DNA of 64,000 bases, taken from Candidatus Latescibacterota bacterium. GTDB lineage: Bacteria; Latescibacterota; UBA2968. A program made the position numbers and the translations under genes. This document shows positions 38,740 through 49,025 of the stretch, piece by piece. The notes under the pieces are model-generated. The model searched no databases. It had not been told where the DNA came from and saw nothing but the letters and a program-made list of their open reading frames with translations. The first letter of the stretch is position 1; every line of letters starts with the position of its first letter. The stretch spans positions 3,168,001 to 3,232,000 of the forward strand of contig OZ244960.1 of the NCBI GenBank assembly GCA_965222605.1, written 5' to 3'.

Positions 38740-41331
38740 ATGATTTTTTGCCGTTATATATCCTCTGTCTTTACCATACTTTTAATTTTCTTTGCCGTCT
38801 GCGGCGAAAGTAGCGCGCAGAACCAGGCCGTAACCATCCCCGACGTGAACCTGAGGGCTGTCATTGAGGACTCGTTGGATAAGGCAAGCGGTGCGACGAT
38901 TACCCGGGCGGAAATGGCGACATTAACGCGCATTGACGCGCGGGATACGAATATCCACAACTTGGCCGGGCTTGAGTATGCAACCAGCCTGACAAAGCTA
39001 TATCTTGCAGGCAACAGTATTTCGGATGTGTCGCCGCTTTCTAACTTAACCCGTCTGACAGAGCTGGATATCCAGCACAACTCAATCTCGGATGTGTCGC
39101 CGCTTTCTAACTTAACTGGTCTGACAAAGCTGGATCTTGAGGGCAACTCAATCTCGGATGCGTCGCCGCTTTCTAACTTAACTGGTCTGACATTTCTGGA
39201 TATTAGCGAGAACAGTATGTCAGATCTTTCGCACCTCTCGGGCTTGATCCATCTGAAACATCTAAAGCTATTTGGCAACAGTATTTCGGATGTGTCGCCG
39301 CTTTCTAACTTAACTGGTCTGACATTTCTGGAGCTTCAGGGAAACAACATCCTGGACATCTCGCCATTGGTAGTAAATATGGGATTGGGAAATGGCGACG
39401 AGGTCAATTTGCTACGTAACCCTCTGACCTATCCTTCCCTTAATACGCACATTCCTGCCCTTCAGGGCCGCGGAGTCCGCGTAAGATTCGATTCCCGCAC
39501 GCCGGCGAGGTTGGCCATAGTCTCCGGGCAAGGGCAGGATGGCACGCCCGGTGCGGCTTTGGCGGCCCCATTTGTTGTGGAAGTGCGGAATCAGAGGGAT
39601 GAAGCATTTGCTGGTGTGCCGGTGGCTTTTACCGTCACCTCAGGTGGTGGCTCACTCAGTACCACCACTGGCACTACCAATACCAAAGGTTGGGCACAGA
39701 CAACCTTGACATTGGGATCGTTAAAAGAAAATACGGTCGAGGTATTACTCCCAGGGCATGCGTCGGTGCCACCGTTGACCTTTCGCACAGGAATTATGAC
39801 ATTATCCGATCTTGAACACCGAGTGTCTGATTCGCGTCCTGGCGACACAATCACCTTAGCCGACGGCATATATGATGGCGATATGTGCGAGTTGGTAGCA
39901 AAGGGTACCACTACTCATCCCATCACAATTCAGGCAAAAAACATCGGGAAAGCCGTTATCCAGGGCCCCTTATCTATAGAGGGAGATTACATCAACCTCG
40001 TGGGCCTTCGCTTTGAAAAAAAAGGCAGCATAAAAATTCGGGGAACGGGATGCCGCATCAGCCGCTGTGTAATGACAGACGTTCAGGTAAACTCTTGGAT
40101 AGATGTGTTGCCGGAAAGTCAGCAAATCGAAATTGACTACTGCCGGTTCGAGAACAAGACTAACAACAGCCATCATGAGGGCGATAGGTTCGACAACCGC
40201 CAATTGATGCGACTCATCGTGCGAAACAAGGGAGAAAAACACCACATCCACCACAACTACTTCGTCGATATTCCAGAGGGCAAGTTGGACAATGGCTACG
40301 AAACGCTTCAACTTATTACAGAGGGAAATCCCTGGGACCCGGAACCGGGCCACTGTGGAACCCTAATCGAATACAACCTTTTTGAACGCTGTAATGGCGA
40401 AGGAGAAATCATCTCTGTCAAATCCAACGGCAATTTTCTCCGCAGAAATACGTTTCGCGATTGCCGCGGCGCGCTGGTGCTTCGGCACGGGGATGGCAAT
40501 GTGGTGTCTGAGAATTTCTTTTTTGGCGAGGGCGAACATCGGGCTGGCGGTGTGCGTTTGCAGGGGACAGATCAGGTTGTTGTGAATAATTTGTTCCACT
40601 CGCTCAATGCGTTTGGCGTGGGTATGATGGATGGGGCATCGGATGATCTCTATGTGCGGGTGGAGCGTGCGCTGGTTGCGTTTAATACGTTTGTGAGATG
40701 TAGTCCGGCGATGGTTGTGGGTTTTAATCACAGCGGGTATCCCAATGGCACGGCGCCTAAGGATTGCGTGGTTGCGAATAATGCTTTTGTGTTGCCCGAG
40801 AGGACTGTGGAGCTCAAGCATGACGATGAGCCGGTGGATTGGAGTTGGGAGGGGAATGTGACGGATGGGGATTTGGGTATGCCCGCTCGGGATGGGATAA
40901 AGGTTGAGAGGGTGGATGTGGATTATCTGCCCAATGGGGTTGTTGCTCCGGGAGAATCCAGTGGTCTGATTGGCAATGCCGAGGGGCATTATCCAGATAT
41001 AACAACCGATATCTTAGGAAATTCTCGCGGCGAGCGCAAAACAATTGGTTGCGTCGAGTTTCCAGTTCAGGAGAAAGACGGAGGTCCTCTAACAGTGGCA
41101 GATGTGGGCGTCGATGCTGTGGTCACTGGTGTTCCGGTAGTGCCTGACAAGTCGCCAACGGCTGATTTTGATGGCGATGGTGTTGTTGGCATTAGCGATT
41201 TTCTGCTGTTTGTAACCCAGTTCGGATTAAGTCAAGGCGATGAGGGATATGATGCGCGGTTTGATTTGGATGGGGATGGCACAATTGGGATTAGCGATTT
41301 TCTGATTTTTGTCGATGCTTTTGGTAAATAG
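38740..41331 (+). CDS. Secreted modular protein: signal + internalin LRR + Ig-like + PL6 (chondroitinase B/alginate lyase-like) + dockerin/EF-hand-like tail
   Basis: LRR ISDVSPLSNLT, Ig-like PFVVEVRNQ..GVPVAFTV, PL6 motifs GYETLQ, CNGEGEIISVKS, LRHGDGN and GGVR, and a tail DFDGDGVVGISDFLLF x2. Confidence 0.88.
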   Translation: MIFCRYISSVFTILLIFFAVCGESSAQNQAVTIPDVNLRAVIEDSLDKASGATITRAEMATLTRIDARDTNIHNLAGLEYATSLTKLYLAGNSISDVSPLSNLTRLTELDIQHNSISDVSPLSNLTGLTKLDLEGNSISDASPLSNLTGLTFLDISENSMSDLSHLSGLIHLKHLKLFGNSISDVSPLSNLTGLTFLELQGNNILDISPLVVNMGLGNGDEVNLLRNPLTYPSLNTHIPALQGRGVRVRFDSRTPARLAIVSGQGQDGTPGAALAAPFVVEVRNQRDEAFAGVPVAFTVTSGGGSLSTTTGTTNTKGWAQTTLTLGSLKENTVEVLLPGHASVPPLTFRTGIMTLSDLEHRVSDSRPGDTITLADGIYDGDMCELVAKGTTTHPITIQAKNIGKAVIQGPLSIEGDYINLVGLRFEKKGSIKIRGTGCRISRCVMTDVQVNSWIDVLPESQQIEIDYCRFENKTNNSHHEGDRFDNRQLMRLIVRNKGEKHHIHHNYFVDIPEGKLDNGYETLQLITEGNPWDPEPGHCGTLIEYNLFERCNGEGEIISVKSNGNFLRRNTFRDCRGALVLRHGDGNVVSENFFFGEGEHRAGGVRLQGTDQVVVNNLFHSLNAFGVGMMDGASDDLYVRVERALVAFNTFVRCSPAMVVGFNHSGYPNGTAPKDCVVANNAFVLPERTVELKHDDEPVDWSWEGNVTDGDLGMPARDGIKVERVDVDYLPNGVVAPGESSGLIGNAEGHYPDITTDILGNSRGERKTIGCVEFPVQEKDGGPLTVADVGVDAVVTGVPVVPDKSPTADFDGDGVVGISDFLLFVTQFGLSQGDEGYDARFDLDGDGTIGISDFLIFVDAFGK

Positions 41332-41365
41332 GTAGTATCATATAAAAACAGAACTTGTTTCTTCT

Positions 41366-41410
41366 AAAATGGGTGATATATTCTCTTTGGGAGTATATAT
41401 CGCCCATTTT
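41366..41410 (+). terminator. Stem-loop after the LRR-PL6 gene
   Basis: AAAATGGGTGATATAT...ATATATCGCCCATTTT. Confidence 0.6.
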
Positions 41411-41533
41411 TAATTTTATTCTGTACTCAGATAATTTATATTTTAGGAAAAGTATGGGGGTTGCCAAAATAGTGGTAAATGGGTAGTTTTGGTGCGTTCA
41501 ACTTTCTATTTTTTTACCATGGGAAGAATTATA

Positions 41534-42259
41534 ATGTTTCCCATCAATACCATAGATGATTTGTTCCAAACTCTGGACGAAAATCCCAGGATACTGGAAG
41601 CTGTGCGTGCTCGCTTGCTCACGCGCGAGCTCCTCGAATTGCCTCAGGTGTTAGCCGCGTTTGTCAAAACCACGGATAGGCGGTTTGAAGCTATTGAAGA
41701 ACGTCTGGACAGGGCTGATGGCCGTTTGGACGGGATTGATGGCCGTTTGGACGGGATTGATGGCCGTCTGGATGGGATTGATGGCCGTTTGGATGGGCAC
41801 GATATTCACTTAAGAAGGATAGACAACAGCCTTGGCGTGCTCAAAGGCGGTCATGCGAGAGGTGCTGCGCTCAGAGACACGGCTTTGATTGCTGATAGCA
41901 TGGGATTCGATTTGGTGCGAACAATGTCTCAACGGGAAATCATCTCTTTGGCCCGGTCGCAAAATGCCCAGGAGATTCCCAAAAACGAATTGCAGAGTTT
42001 CGTCAGGGCTGATCTGATTATGGAAGTGGTAAATGGGTCACAGGAAGTTTGTTACATCGCCGTCGAAATTTCCTTTACTGTGGATGAGCGGGACACGCAC
42101 CGGGCGATTCGCAACGCCAAATTTTTGACGCAGTTCACGGGCAAGTCAGCTTTTGCGGCAGTGGCTGGCCTGGATAGGGATAACAGGATACAGAGTAGTA
42201 TTGAAGCGGGAGATGTGTTCTGGCATCAACTGGATTCCGAAGATCTGGAAGTGGATTGA
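41534..42259 (+). CDS. Heptad-repeat coiled-coil protein with a putative PD-(D/E)XK-like C-terminal domain
   Basis: (RLDGIDG)n followed by ADLIM...YIAVEIS...D..RA.RNA. Confidence 0.72.
   Translation: MFPINTIDDLFQTLDENPRILEAVRARLLTRELLELPQVLAAFVKTTDRRFEAIEERLDRADGRLDGIDGRLDGIDGRLDGIDGRLDGHDIHLRRIDNSLGVLKGGHARGAALRDTALIADSMGFDLVRTMSQREIISLARSQNAQEIPKNELQSFVRADLIMEVVNGSQEVCYIAVEISFTVDERDTHRAIRNAKFLTQFTGKSAFAAVAGLDRDNRIQSSIEAGDVFWHQLDSEDLEVD
41701..41800 (+). repeat. Coding 21-bp tandem repeat (RLDGIDG x~4.5)
   Basis: GATGGCCGTTTGGACGGGATT units. Confidence 0.9.
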
Positions 42260-42328
42260 TGAAATGCAAATGAAGCAATCACTTCCTCTTGCCCGCTGTG
42301 AGAACAGCGGATATTGAAAGAATAACAT

Positions 42329-45223
42329 GTGAGTAAACGTCTCGGAGAATCCTTTCCAATAACACAGCATATCGCCGCGCTGATATGTTTTTTCTTGTCG
42401 GGATTTGCCGGGCTGGTTTACGAAGTTGCCTGGATACGGCAGGCCGCGCTTTTGTTTGGGTCAACGACTTTTGCGGTGAGTGCGGTTCTGGCGGTTTTTT
42501 TTCTGGGTCTCGCCATTGGTGCCTATCTTTTTGGGCGTATCGGTCAACGTACATCCCGACCGCTTATCCTTTTTGCATATATCGAGATTGGTCTGGGTCT
42601 TCTGGCTCTGATCAGTCCTTATGCTTTTGATTTTGCAGATTTTCTCTATGGCGTCGCGTATGGAATATTGAGCGATGATCCCATCCTGCGGTTCACTACC
42701 CGTCTCCTTCTCGTTGCTCTCGTCGTCCTGCCGCCCACTGTTCTTATGGGTGGTACTCTTCCTCTTTTTTGTCGTCAGTATTCGCGCAATAGCGGTACAA
42801 TTGCGCGCGCTGTTGGCCTTCTTTACGGTGTCAATACCTTAGGGGCTGCATTGGGCTGCGCGGCCACGGGTTTTGTTTTTTTGCCGGATCTGGGTCTGCG
42901 CGGTGCGATCTATATTGGCGTTGTGTGCAATATTCTGAGTGGTCTTGTTGTTCGCGCGCTGTCTATTGCCCGGGATGATGTGTTTCCCGCTTCGGTGGAG
43001 TCTCGCGGTGTGAGTGGCAGACTCCCGCGGAGCAGGATTGTATTTGTTCTGTTTTTTTTCATTGGATTTGTGGCTCTGGGTGCCGAGGTGCTGTGGGTGC
43101 GGTATCTCGGGCTTCTTATTAATAATACGGTTTATACTTATACGCTCGCGTTGAGTGTTGTGTTGATTGGCCTGGTTCTGGGAAGTATTCTCGCTGCTCA
43201 GTTTTCCGACAAGACGGAGATGCGGGCGCATTATTTTGGCGCGTTTCAGATTGCGACGGGTCTTATTGTTCTCGCTCTTTTGATGTTTTCGCCCGAGACA
43301 TGGCGAGGATTGGGCAATGATCTGTATATTTATTTTGTTGTGCTTTTGCCTCCTGCTGTGTTGAGTGGCGCGGCTTTTCCGCTTGCGATTCGTCTGGTAA
43401 TTAGCAATGCCGAATATACGTCTGAGATGGCTGGCAATCTGATTGCGGTGAATACGCTTGGGGGTATTCTCGGGTCTCTTTTGATTGGTTTTGCAGGTAT
43501 TCCCTTTTTTGGTCTTGAGAAAAGTCTGTTTTTTATTACGGGCGCGAATCTCGCGATTGGTTTTGCCGCATGGTTTTTGCTGGATCGAAAATATCGCGTG
43601 TTCAAATATGCGGCCGCATTGGTCGCTGTTCTGATCTATCTGGGTATTCCATATTTTTCTCAAACGCAGGTGCCCGCGGATTTTATCGGTGAGGGGCGGG
43701 ATCTCGTGGCGTTCCGAGAAGGTTATGGCGCGAATATGGCGGTTGTCCGGCGGGAGGATGATCTGGAGCTCGAGATTGATCGCTGGTGGCAGGGCGGAAA
43801 TAAAAAGAACCATCAGATTATGGCCGCACATGTGCCGATGCTTTTGCATCCGAATCCCAGGCGGGTGATTGTTGTGGGTGTTGGCACGGGGCAGACTGTT
43901 AGTCGTTTTCTGATGTATCCCATCGATTATCTGGCGTGTGTGGATATCGAGCCTACGCTTTTTTCTTTTGTTCGGGAATATTTTGAGACGGATTGGATGG
44001 GGGATCCGCGCGTGGAAGTTATTTCTGAAGATGGACGCAATTTTCTGCGCCATACTGCGGCGACTTATGATATTATTTCGCTGGAGCTTGGCGAGGTTTC
44101 CCGCCCGGGTGTGGCGTTTTTTTATACGGTTGATTTCTATGCGCGCGCCCGACAACGCCTGGCGCCGGGTGGTTATCTGGTTCAGTTTGTGCCTTTGCGC
44201 TTTCTTACTGAGGACCAGTTCCGCGGTGTTGTGCGCAGTTTTCTGGCGGTTTTTCCGCAGAGTATTTTGTGGTATAATACGTCTGAACTTTTGCTTATTG
44301 GTTCGGCGGATAATGCGTTCAAGATTGGTCAGGGGAAACTGTCAGGTATGGATGAGCAGGTCCATGCGGATCTCCAATACAGCCACTGGGGCGGGGTGGC
44401 ATATTCTCTCAACCAGCCGCATGTTTTTTTGGGCGGTTATTTGATGGGGGCTGAGGGTCTGGCATCTGCGACGGTTGAGGCGGATACGTATTGGGATGAC
44501 CGACCGATTCTGGACTATGAGACAGTTCAGAATGAGGGGAGCGATGAGCTTGCGTTTGCGGAGATGCTCTATAAATACCGCGATTCCATTGATACGCTTA
44601 TACCGGGCGAGATGGATGCCCGTATTGCGGATGTTCAAAATAAAAATTTGAGGGAGATCGCCGCGCGCGTTTTTGTTCGTCAGGCGTCGGATTTGGTTCC
44701 CGCGCGAGAACACAGACGTATTGCAACGCTTTGTGCCGAGGCGATTCGCCGACTTCCCGAATATCTCGAGGCCCACCGCATGTTTGCCGATGCGATGATG
44801 CAACTGGGTCGCTTGCAGGATGCAGAAAGACACTATGCGAGGGTTTTGCAACTCGATCCTGCAGATGCACGCGCGCTGAATGGACGGGCTGTGGCGTTTC
44901 ACCGCGCGGGACGGCTCGAGGATGCGGTTCGTTATTATGAGGATGCGATTCGCCACTATCCGCAAAATGCTCTGTCGCAAAATGGTATTGCAATGGCTCT
45001 TCACAGACTCGGACGCTTTGACGAGGCTATTCTTCATTACAAAGAGGCTATTCGCTTGCATCCAGATAGGCCCGATACGTATGCCGATCTCGGTATGGCT
45101 CTGGCACAGGCCGGGAGGTTGCGAGAAGCTGTTCCGTATATGGAGAAGGCGCTCGTACTGAGGCCGAATTTTACGAGGGTGCAGCGCGCGCTCGCGCAGA
45201 TACGGGAAGAATTGGGGGAGTAA
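42329..45223 (+). CDS. Fused MFS-like membrane domain / spermidine-synthase-like SAM domain / TPR protein
   Basis: SGFAGLVYEVAW, LMGGTLP, YGVNTLGA, GVGTG and EDGRNFL, with C-terminal TPRs. Confidence 0.88.
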   Translation: MSKRLGESFPITQHIAALICFFLSGFAGLVYEVAWIRQAALLFGSTTFAVSAVLAVFFLGLAIGAYLFGRIGQRTSRPLILFAYIEIGLGLLALISPYAFDFADFLYGVAYGILSDDPILRFTTRLLLVALVVLPPTVLMGGTLPLFCRQYSRNSGTIARAVGLLYGVNTLGAALGCAATGFVFLPDLGLRGAIYIGVVCNILSGLVVRALSIARDDVFPASVESRGVSGRLPRSRIVFVLFFFIGFVALGAEVLWVRYLGLLINNTVYTYTLALSVVLIGLVLGSILAAQFSDKTEMRAHYFGAFQIATGLIVLALLMFSPETWRGLGNDLYIYFVVLLPPAVLSGAAFPLAIRLVISNAEYTSEMAGNLIAVNTLGGILGSLLIGFAGIPFFGLEKSLFFITGANLAIGFAAWFLLDRKYRVFKYAAALVAVLIYLGIPYFSQTQVPADFIGEGRDLVAFREGYGANMAVVRREDDLELEIDRWWQGGNKKNHQIMAAHVPMLLHPNPRRVIVVGVGTGQTVSRFLMYPIDYLACVDIEPTLFSFVREYFETDWMGDPRVEVISEDGRNFLRHTAATYDIISLELGEVSRPGVAFFYTVDFYARARQRLAPGGYLVQFVPLRFLTEDQFRGVVRSFLAVFPQSILWYNTSELLLIGSADNAFKIGQGKLSGMDEQVHADLQYSHWGGVAYSLNQPHVFLGGYLMGAEGLASATVEADTYWDDRPILDYETVQNEGSDELAFAEMLYKYRDSIDTLIPGEMDARIADVQNKNLREIAARVFVRQASDLVPAREHRRIATLCAEAIRRLPEYLEAHRMFADAMMQLGRLQDAERHYARVLQLDPADARALNGRAVAFHRAGRLEDAVRYYEDAIRHYPQNALSQNGIAMALHRLGRFDEAILHYKEAIRLHPDRPDTYADLGMALAQAGRLREAVPYMEKALVLRPNFTRVQRALAQIREELGE

Positions 45224-45331
45224 GGTGGATGTAGATTTTTGGCTTGCATGAGGCTGGTCCATGATAAGATATTGGTTGACGATTCAGTATTGTTTTTCTA
45301 ATGCCACAAGGGCTAAAACAAGGAGGCTTCT

Positions 45332-46288
45332 ATGTCTAAATTTATCTGCTTTCTGTTCGTTGTTTTGCTGTTCCAATCTGTTGATGCACAGCAACCACAG
45401 CAACAAAACCGACGCCAGCAACGCATATTTACCGTGGAGCAAGTTATGGAACAAGTACCCGAAGGCGTAACATTTATTCCCGATCTCGCGTATCGCGAAG
45501 GCAACGAGGCATGGAAACTCGATCTTGCGATGCCCGAAGGGCGCGGCGAGATTCCCCGTCCGGCTCTTGTTTTTATCCACGGCGGTGGATGGCGGAATGG
45601 GGATAAACGCCGGGCAGGTTTTCTTCGGCCTACTATCGGTTATGCAGCCAAAGGCTATGTTTGTGTCACGGTCAACTATCGGATGCTCGATGAAGCACCT
45701 ATTACCGCATGTGTTGAAGATGTGAAAAATGCCGTGCGCTGGCTGCGTGCCCATGCCGAGGAATACAATATTGATCCCGAACGGATTGGTGCAACTGGAA
45801 ATTCCGCTGGCGCGCATTTGGCCGTTATGCTCGGTGTGTGTCCTCCTTCAGCCGGGCTTGAAGGCGATGGGCCTTATCAGGAATATTCCAGTATGGTTCA
45901 GGCTGTTGTCGCCAGTGCCACACCTACCAGTTTCCTGTCTGCTATGAGTGACCGCCAACGCGAGCGCAGCAATGAGCAAGCAGCACGCGCCCCTCGCAAA
46001 AACGAACTTAGAATGGAATCTGAAGAGGTTCGCGCCAAAGTTTCTCCTGTGACTTATGCCACAGCCGATGCACCGCCTATTTTGCTCGTTCATGAAATGT
46101 CTGATCGCACGGTCAGTGTGTCTCATTCGGACAAGCTTGTCAAGGCACTGCGAGAAGCCGGTGCCAAAGATGTCAACTATATTCTCCTCGGCGACAGCAG
46201 TGGGCATGGTACTTTTCAGCGCAATATTGTATTTACCGAACCTATCCGGGAATCCTTTTTTAATCGCGTATTAAAACCGGGAAATTAA
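45332..46288 (+). CDS. Secreted alpha/beta hydrolase (esterase)
   Basis: Signal peptide, HGGGW, GNSAG nucleophile and C-terminal D/H. Confidence 0.9.
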   Translation: MSKFICFLFVVLLFQSVDAQQPQQQNRRQQRIFTVEQVMEQVPEGVTFIPDLAYREGNEAWKLDLAMPEGRGEIPRPALVFIHGGGWRNGDKRRAGFLRPTIGYAAKGYVCVTVNYRMLDEAPITACVEDVKNAVRWLRAHAEEYNIDPERIGATGNSAGAHLAVMLGVCPPSAGLEGDGPYQEYSSMVQAVVASATPTSFLSAMSDRQRERSNEQAARAPRKNELRMESEEVRAKVSPVTYATADAPPILLVHEMSDRTVSVSHSDKLVKALREAGAKDVNYILLGDSSGHGTFQRNIVFTEPIRESFFNRVLKPGN

Positions 46289-47245
46289 GATGAAGCGTTT
46301 GTCTGAAGTAGAAGAGCGGATGGCTGAGGCGCAGCCGGGTGATATAATTGTCCTGGCCGATGGGGTATACGATGGTGAAAGGTGCAAACTTGCGGCAAAA
46401 GGGACCGCAGATCAGCCGATTGTTATTCGGGCGGAAAATATGGGGAAGGCGGTTATAAAGGCGCCATTTTTAGTGGTGGGAGATTATATCAGTCTTGTGG
46501 GGTTTCATTTTGTGGAGAAGGGGAATGTGGAAATTCGGGGGAGAGGATGTCGCGTGAGTCGCTGTGTGATGACGGATGTTCAGGCTGGCAAGTGGATACG
46601 GGTCAGGGCGGAGAGCCGGAAGATTGAGATTGATCGCTGCCGTTTTGAGAATAAGACCAATAACCTCGAGGAGATGCGCGGCTGCCAATTGATGCAGGTT
46701 TATGTGCGCAATCAGGGCGAAGGGCATCACATTCACCACAATCATTTTGTCGATGTTCCAGATGGCAAAGGGAGCAATGGGTACGAGACGCTTCAACTTA
46801 TTACGGAGGGGAATCCGTACGATCCGGAGCCGGGCGATTGTGAGACGGTGATTGAGTACAATCTTTTTGAGCGTTGTAATGGGGAGGCGGAGATTATTTC
46901 TGTGAAGTCCAATGGCAATATGCTCCGCAGAAATACGTTTCGCGATTGCCGGGGCGGGTTGGTGCTTCGGCATGGGGATGGTAATGAGATTTCTGAGAAT
47001 TTCTTTTTTGGCGATGGCGAACGCCGGGCTGGCGGTGTGCGTTTGCAGGGGGCGGATCAGGTTGTGGTGAATAATATGTTCCGTTCGCTCAATGCGTTTG
47101 GCGTGGCGATGATGGATGGGACAACGGATAAGCTCTATGTGCGGACGGAACGCGCGTTCATTGCATTTAATACGTTTGCGGGGTGTAGTCCGGCGATGGT
47201 TGTGGGGCTAAATCACAGGTTGTACCCCAATGGCACGGCGCCTAA

Positions 47246-48172
47246 GAAGCTGTTTTAAAACCCCTCGCTTAAGCGAGTCTGTTGATTAAGAGGTAAATCA
47301 TAACGATGTAAATAAAGGCTTCACTACTGTCGGTCAAGTCTTCATAATCCTTTGATAGTCGGCGAAAATTAAATAACCAGGCAAAGGTGCGCTCGACGAC
47401 CCACCGACGTTTGACGAGTTGAAAGCCTTTGCCTTTTGGGGTGACAACCTCAAGATCAATCTTATGCGTCTGCTTCTTAGCAGCGACCCATTTCTTGAGG
47501 TCTTCACCGCGATAGCCGCCATCGACCCATAGCTTGCGTAAGCGTGTCTCTCCCGTGTCAAAATACTGATTGAGCACCTGCTTTAAGCCATCACGGTCTT
47601 GGAGATCAGCAGGCGAGACATAGGTGCTGATGACGAGTCCGAGGGTATCAACGAGAAGATGGCGTTTGCGTCCATTGACCTTTTTTCCAGCATCATAACC
47701 TTTTGATTTTCCTTGTGTTGCTGTCTTGACACTTTGGCTGTCAATGCAGCCTGCTGATGCGGTAGGCTTACGTCCCTGCCGTTTTCTTTCTCGCCGCGTG
47801 AGTGCCTGTTGCACCTGCTCAAAGATGCCTTGCTCGCGCCAACGATTGAAATAGCCATACACGGTCTGCCAGCAGCCGAAGGTATGGGGTAGCATGCGCC
47901 ATTGGCTGCCGGTCTTCGTCAGATACAGGATGCCATTGAACACTTGGCGCAAATTGGCAGGAGGGCGTCCGGGACCTCCTTTTCGCCATTTGCGTTTGGG
48001 CAGCAAGGGGATCAGCAGTTGCCATTGCGCTTGGGTGACATTTGTCGGATATTCTCTTTGCGTATTCATCTTTGTCCTTTCGTTTCAGGGTGATTTGCAT
48101 AACCTGAATTTGGACAGATGAATACGCTTTTTCAACCCTTTTCTTCACTCACAATAGTTTTAAAACAGCTTC
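47246..48172 (-). mobile_element. IS5 family (IS1031-like) insertion sequence (927 bp)
   Basis: Perfect 16-bp TIR GAAGCTGTTTTAAAAC and 3-bp TSD TAA (47243-47245 and 48173-48175). Confidence 0.93.
47269..48069 (-). CDS. IS5 family transposase
   Basis: YPTNVTQAQW, GSQWRMLP, IDSQSVKT, GRKRHLLVDTLG, WVDGGY and RWVVERTFAWL. Confidence 0.95.
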   Translation of the reverse strand: MNTQREYPTNVTQAQWQLLIPLLPKRKWRKGGPGRPPANLRQVFNGILYLTKTGSQWRMLPHTFGCWQTVYGYFNRWREQGIFEQVQQALTRRERKRQGRKPTASAGCIDSQSVKTATQGKSKGYDAGKKVNGRKRHLLVDTLGLVISTYVSPADLQDRDGLKQVLNQYFDTGETRLRKLWVDGGYRGEDLKKWVAAKKQTHKIDLEVVTPKGKGFQLVKRRWVVERTFAWLFNFRRLSKDYEDLTDSSEAFIYIVMIYLLINRLA

Positions 48173-48568
48173 TAAGGATTGTGTGATCGCAAATAACGCT
48201 TTTGTATTGGGGAGACCCGATGCGCAGGAGACCTCGGATCTGAAGACTGTGCGGCTGGTGCAAGACGATGAGCCGGTGGATTGGACGTGGGAGGGGAATG
48301 TGACGGATGGCGATTTGGGTATGCCCGCTCGCGATGGGATAAAAACTGGGAAGGTCGATGTGGATTATCTGCCCAATGGCGTTGTTGCACCAGCAGAATC
48401 CAGTGGTCTAATTGGCAATGCCGAGGGAAATTATCCAGATATAACGACGGATGCTTTGGGGCATTCTCGGGGCGAATGGAAGACAATTGGCTGCGTTGAG
48501 TTCCCGACGGAGATGGAGGACGGCGGTCCCTTAACAGCGGCAGATGTGGGACCTGAGTGGTAGGGGTG

Positions 48569-48871
48569 TTAATCGATGGAAACAACAAGGTTCAAATTTT
48601 CTTTTCGTAGCATGTCTTGTAGTGCAAGTTGAACCCAAAAGCTTTCTGGCTCGCTAAGTTGTCTGGCAATTTTGGCTGCCCTACTGGGGCTTGGGATTCT
48701 TCTTTCTTTTTCTATATCACAAAGACTTTGAGGTGAAATCCCCAAAAAAACAGCAAACGCTCTCTGGCTTTTTTCTTCTCCTATTCGATAGCTGGCCAGA
48801 GCATTTCCAAATGTCAGCCGTCCAAAGTCTCTCTCCATCTCAGAAGTCCCATATTGTCCTTTAGTAGTCAT
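48569..48871 (-). CDS. XRE-family HTH protein (HigA-like antitoxin)
   Basis: SQRAFAVFLGISPQSLCDIEKERR and FWVQLALQD. GAGGAG RBS before ATG 48871. Confidence 0.8.
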   Translation of the reverse strand: MTTKGQYGTSEMERDFGRLTFGNALASYRIGEEKSQRAFAVFLGISPQSLCDIEKERRIPSPSRAAKIARQLSEPESFWVQLALQDMLRKENLNLVVSID

Positions 48872-48916
48872 GTTTATTGATCTCCTCACGTATCAATCAC
48901 CCCCATCAACAAAGCC

Positions 48917-49025
48917 GTCATCGCGGCATGATGTTGTAGGGGACGGTCCCCGTGCCGTCCCGTGTGTCATCGCGGCGTGGTCCCCGTATAAAAGCATTAC
49001 GGGGCATGCTTGAGCCGCGATCCAG
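48917..49025. repeat. REP-like dispersed repeat cluster, copy 1
   Basis: GTAGGGGACGGTCCCCGTGCCGTCCCG (48936-48962), GTCATCGCGGC and TTGAGCCGCGATCCAG. The same modules recur at 61779-61837. Confidence 0.8.

Larger units (their letters stand above)
46290..48563 (+). pseudogene. Stand-alone PL6 polysaccharide lyase interrupted by an IS5-family element
   Basis: 5' part 46290-47245 and 3' part 48173-48563. The rejoined sequence reads PNGTAPKDCVIANN and matches the paralog in 38740-41331. Confidence 0.92.

Noticed and set aside
41701-41800. Possible CRISPR array (also 12376-12435, the LRR repeats and 62575-62711)
   Set aside because: The repeats are in-frame coding tandems with no unique spacers, and there are no cas genes.
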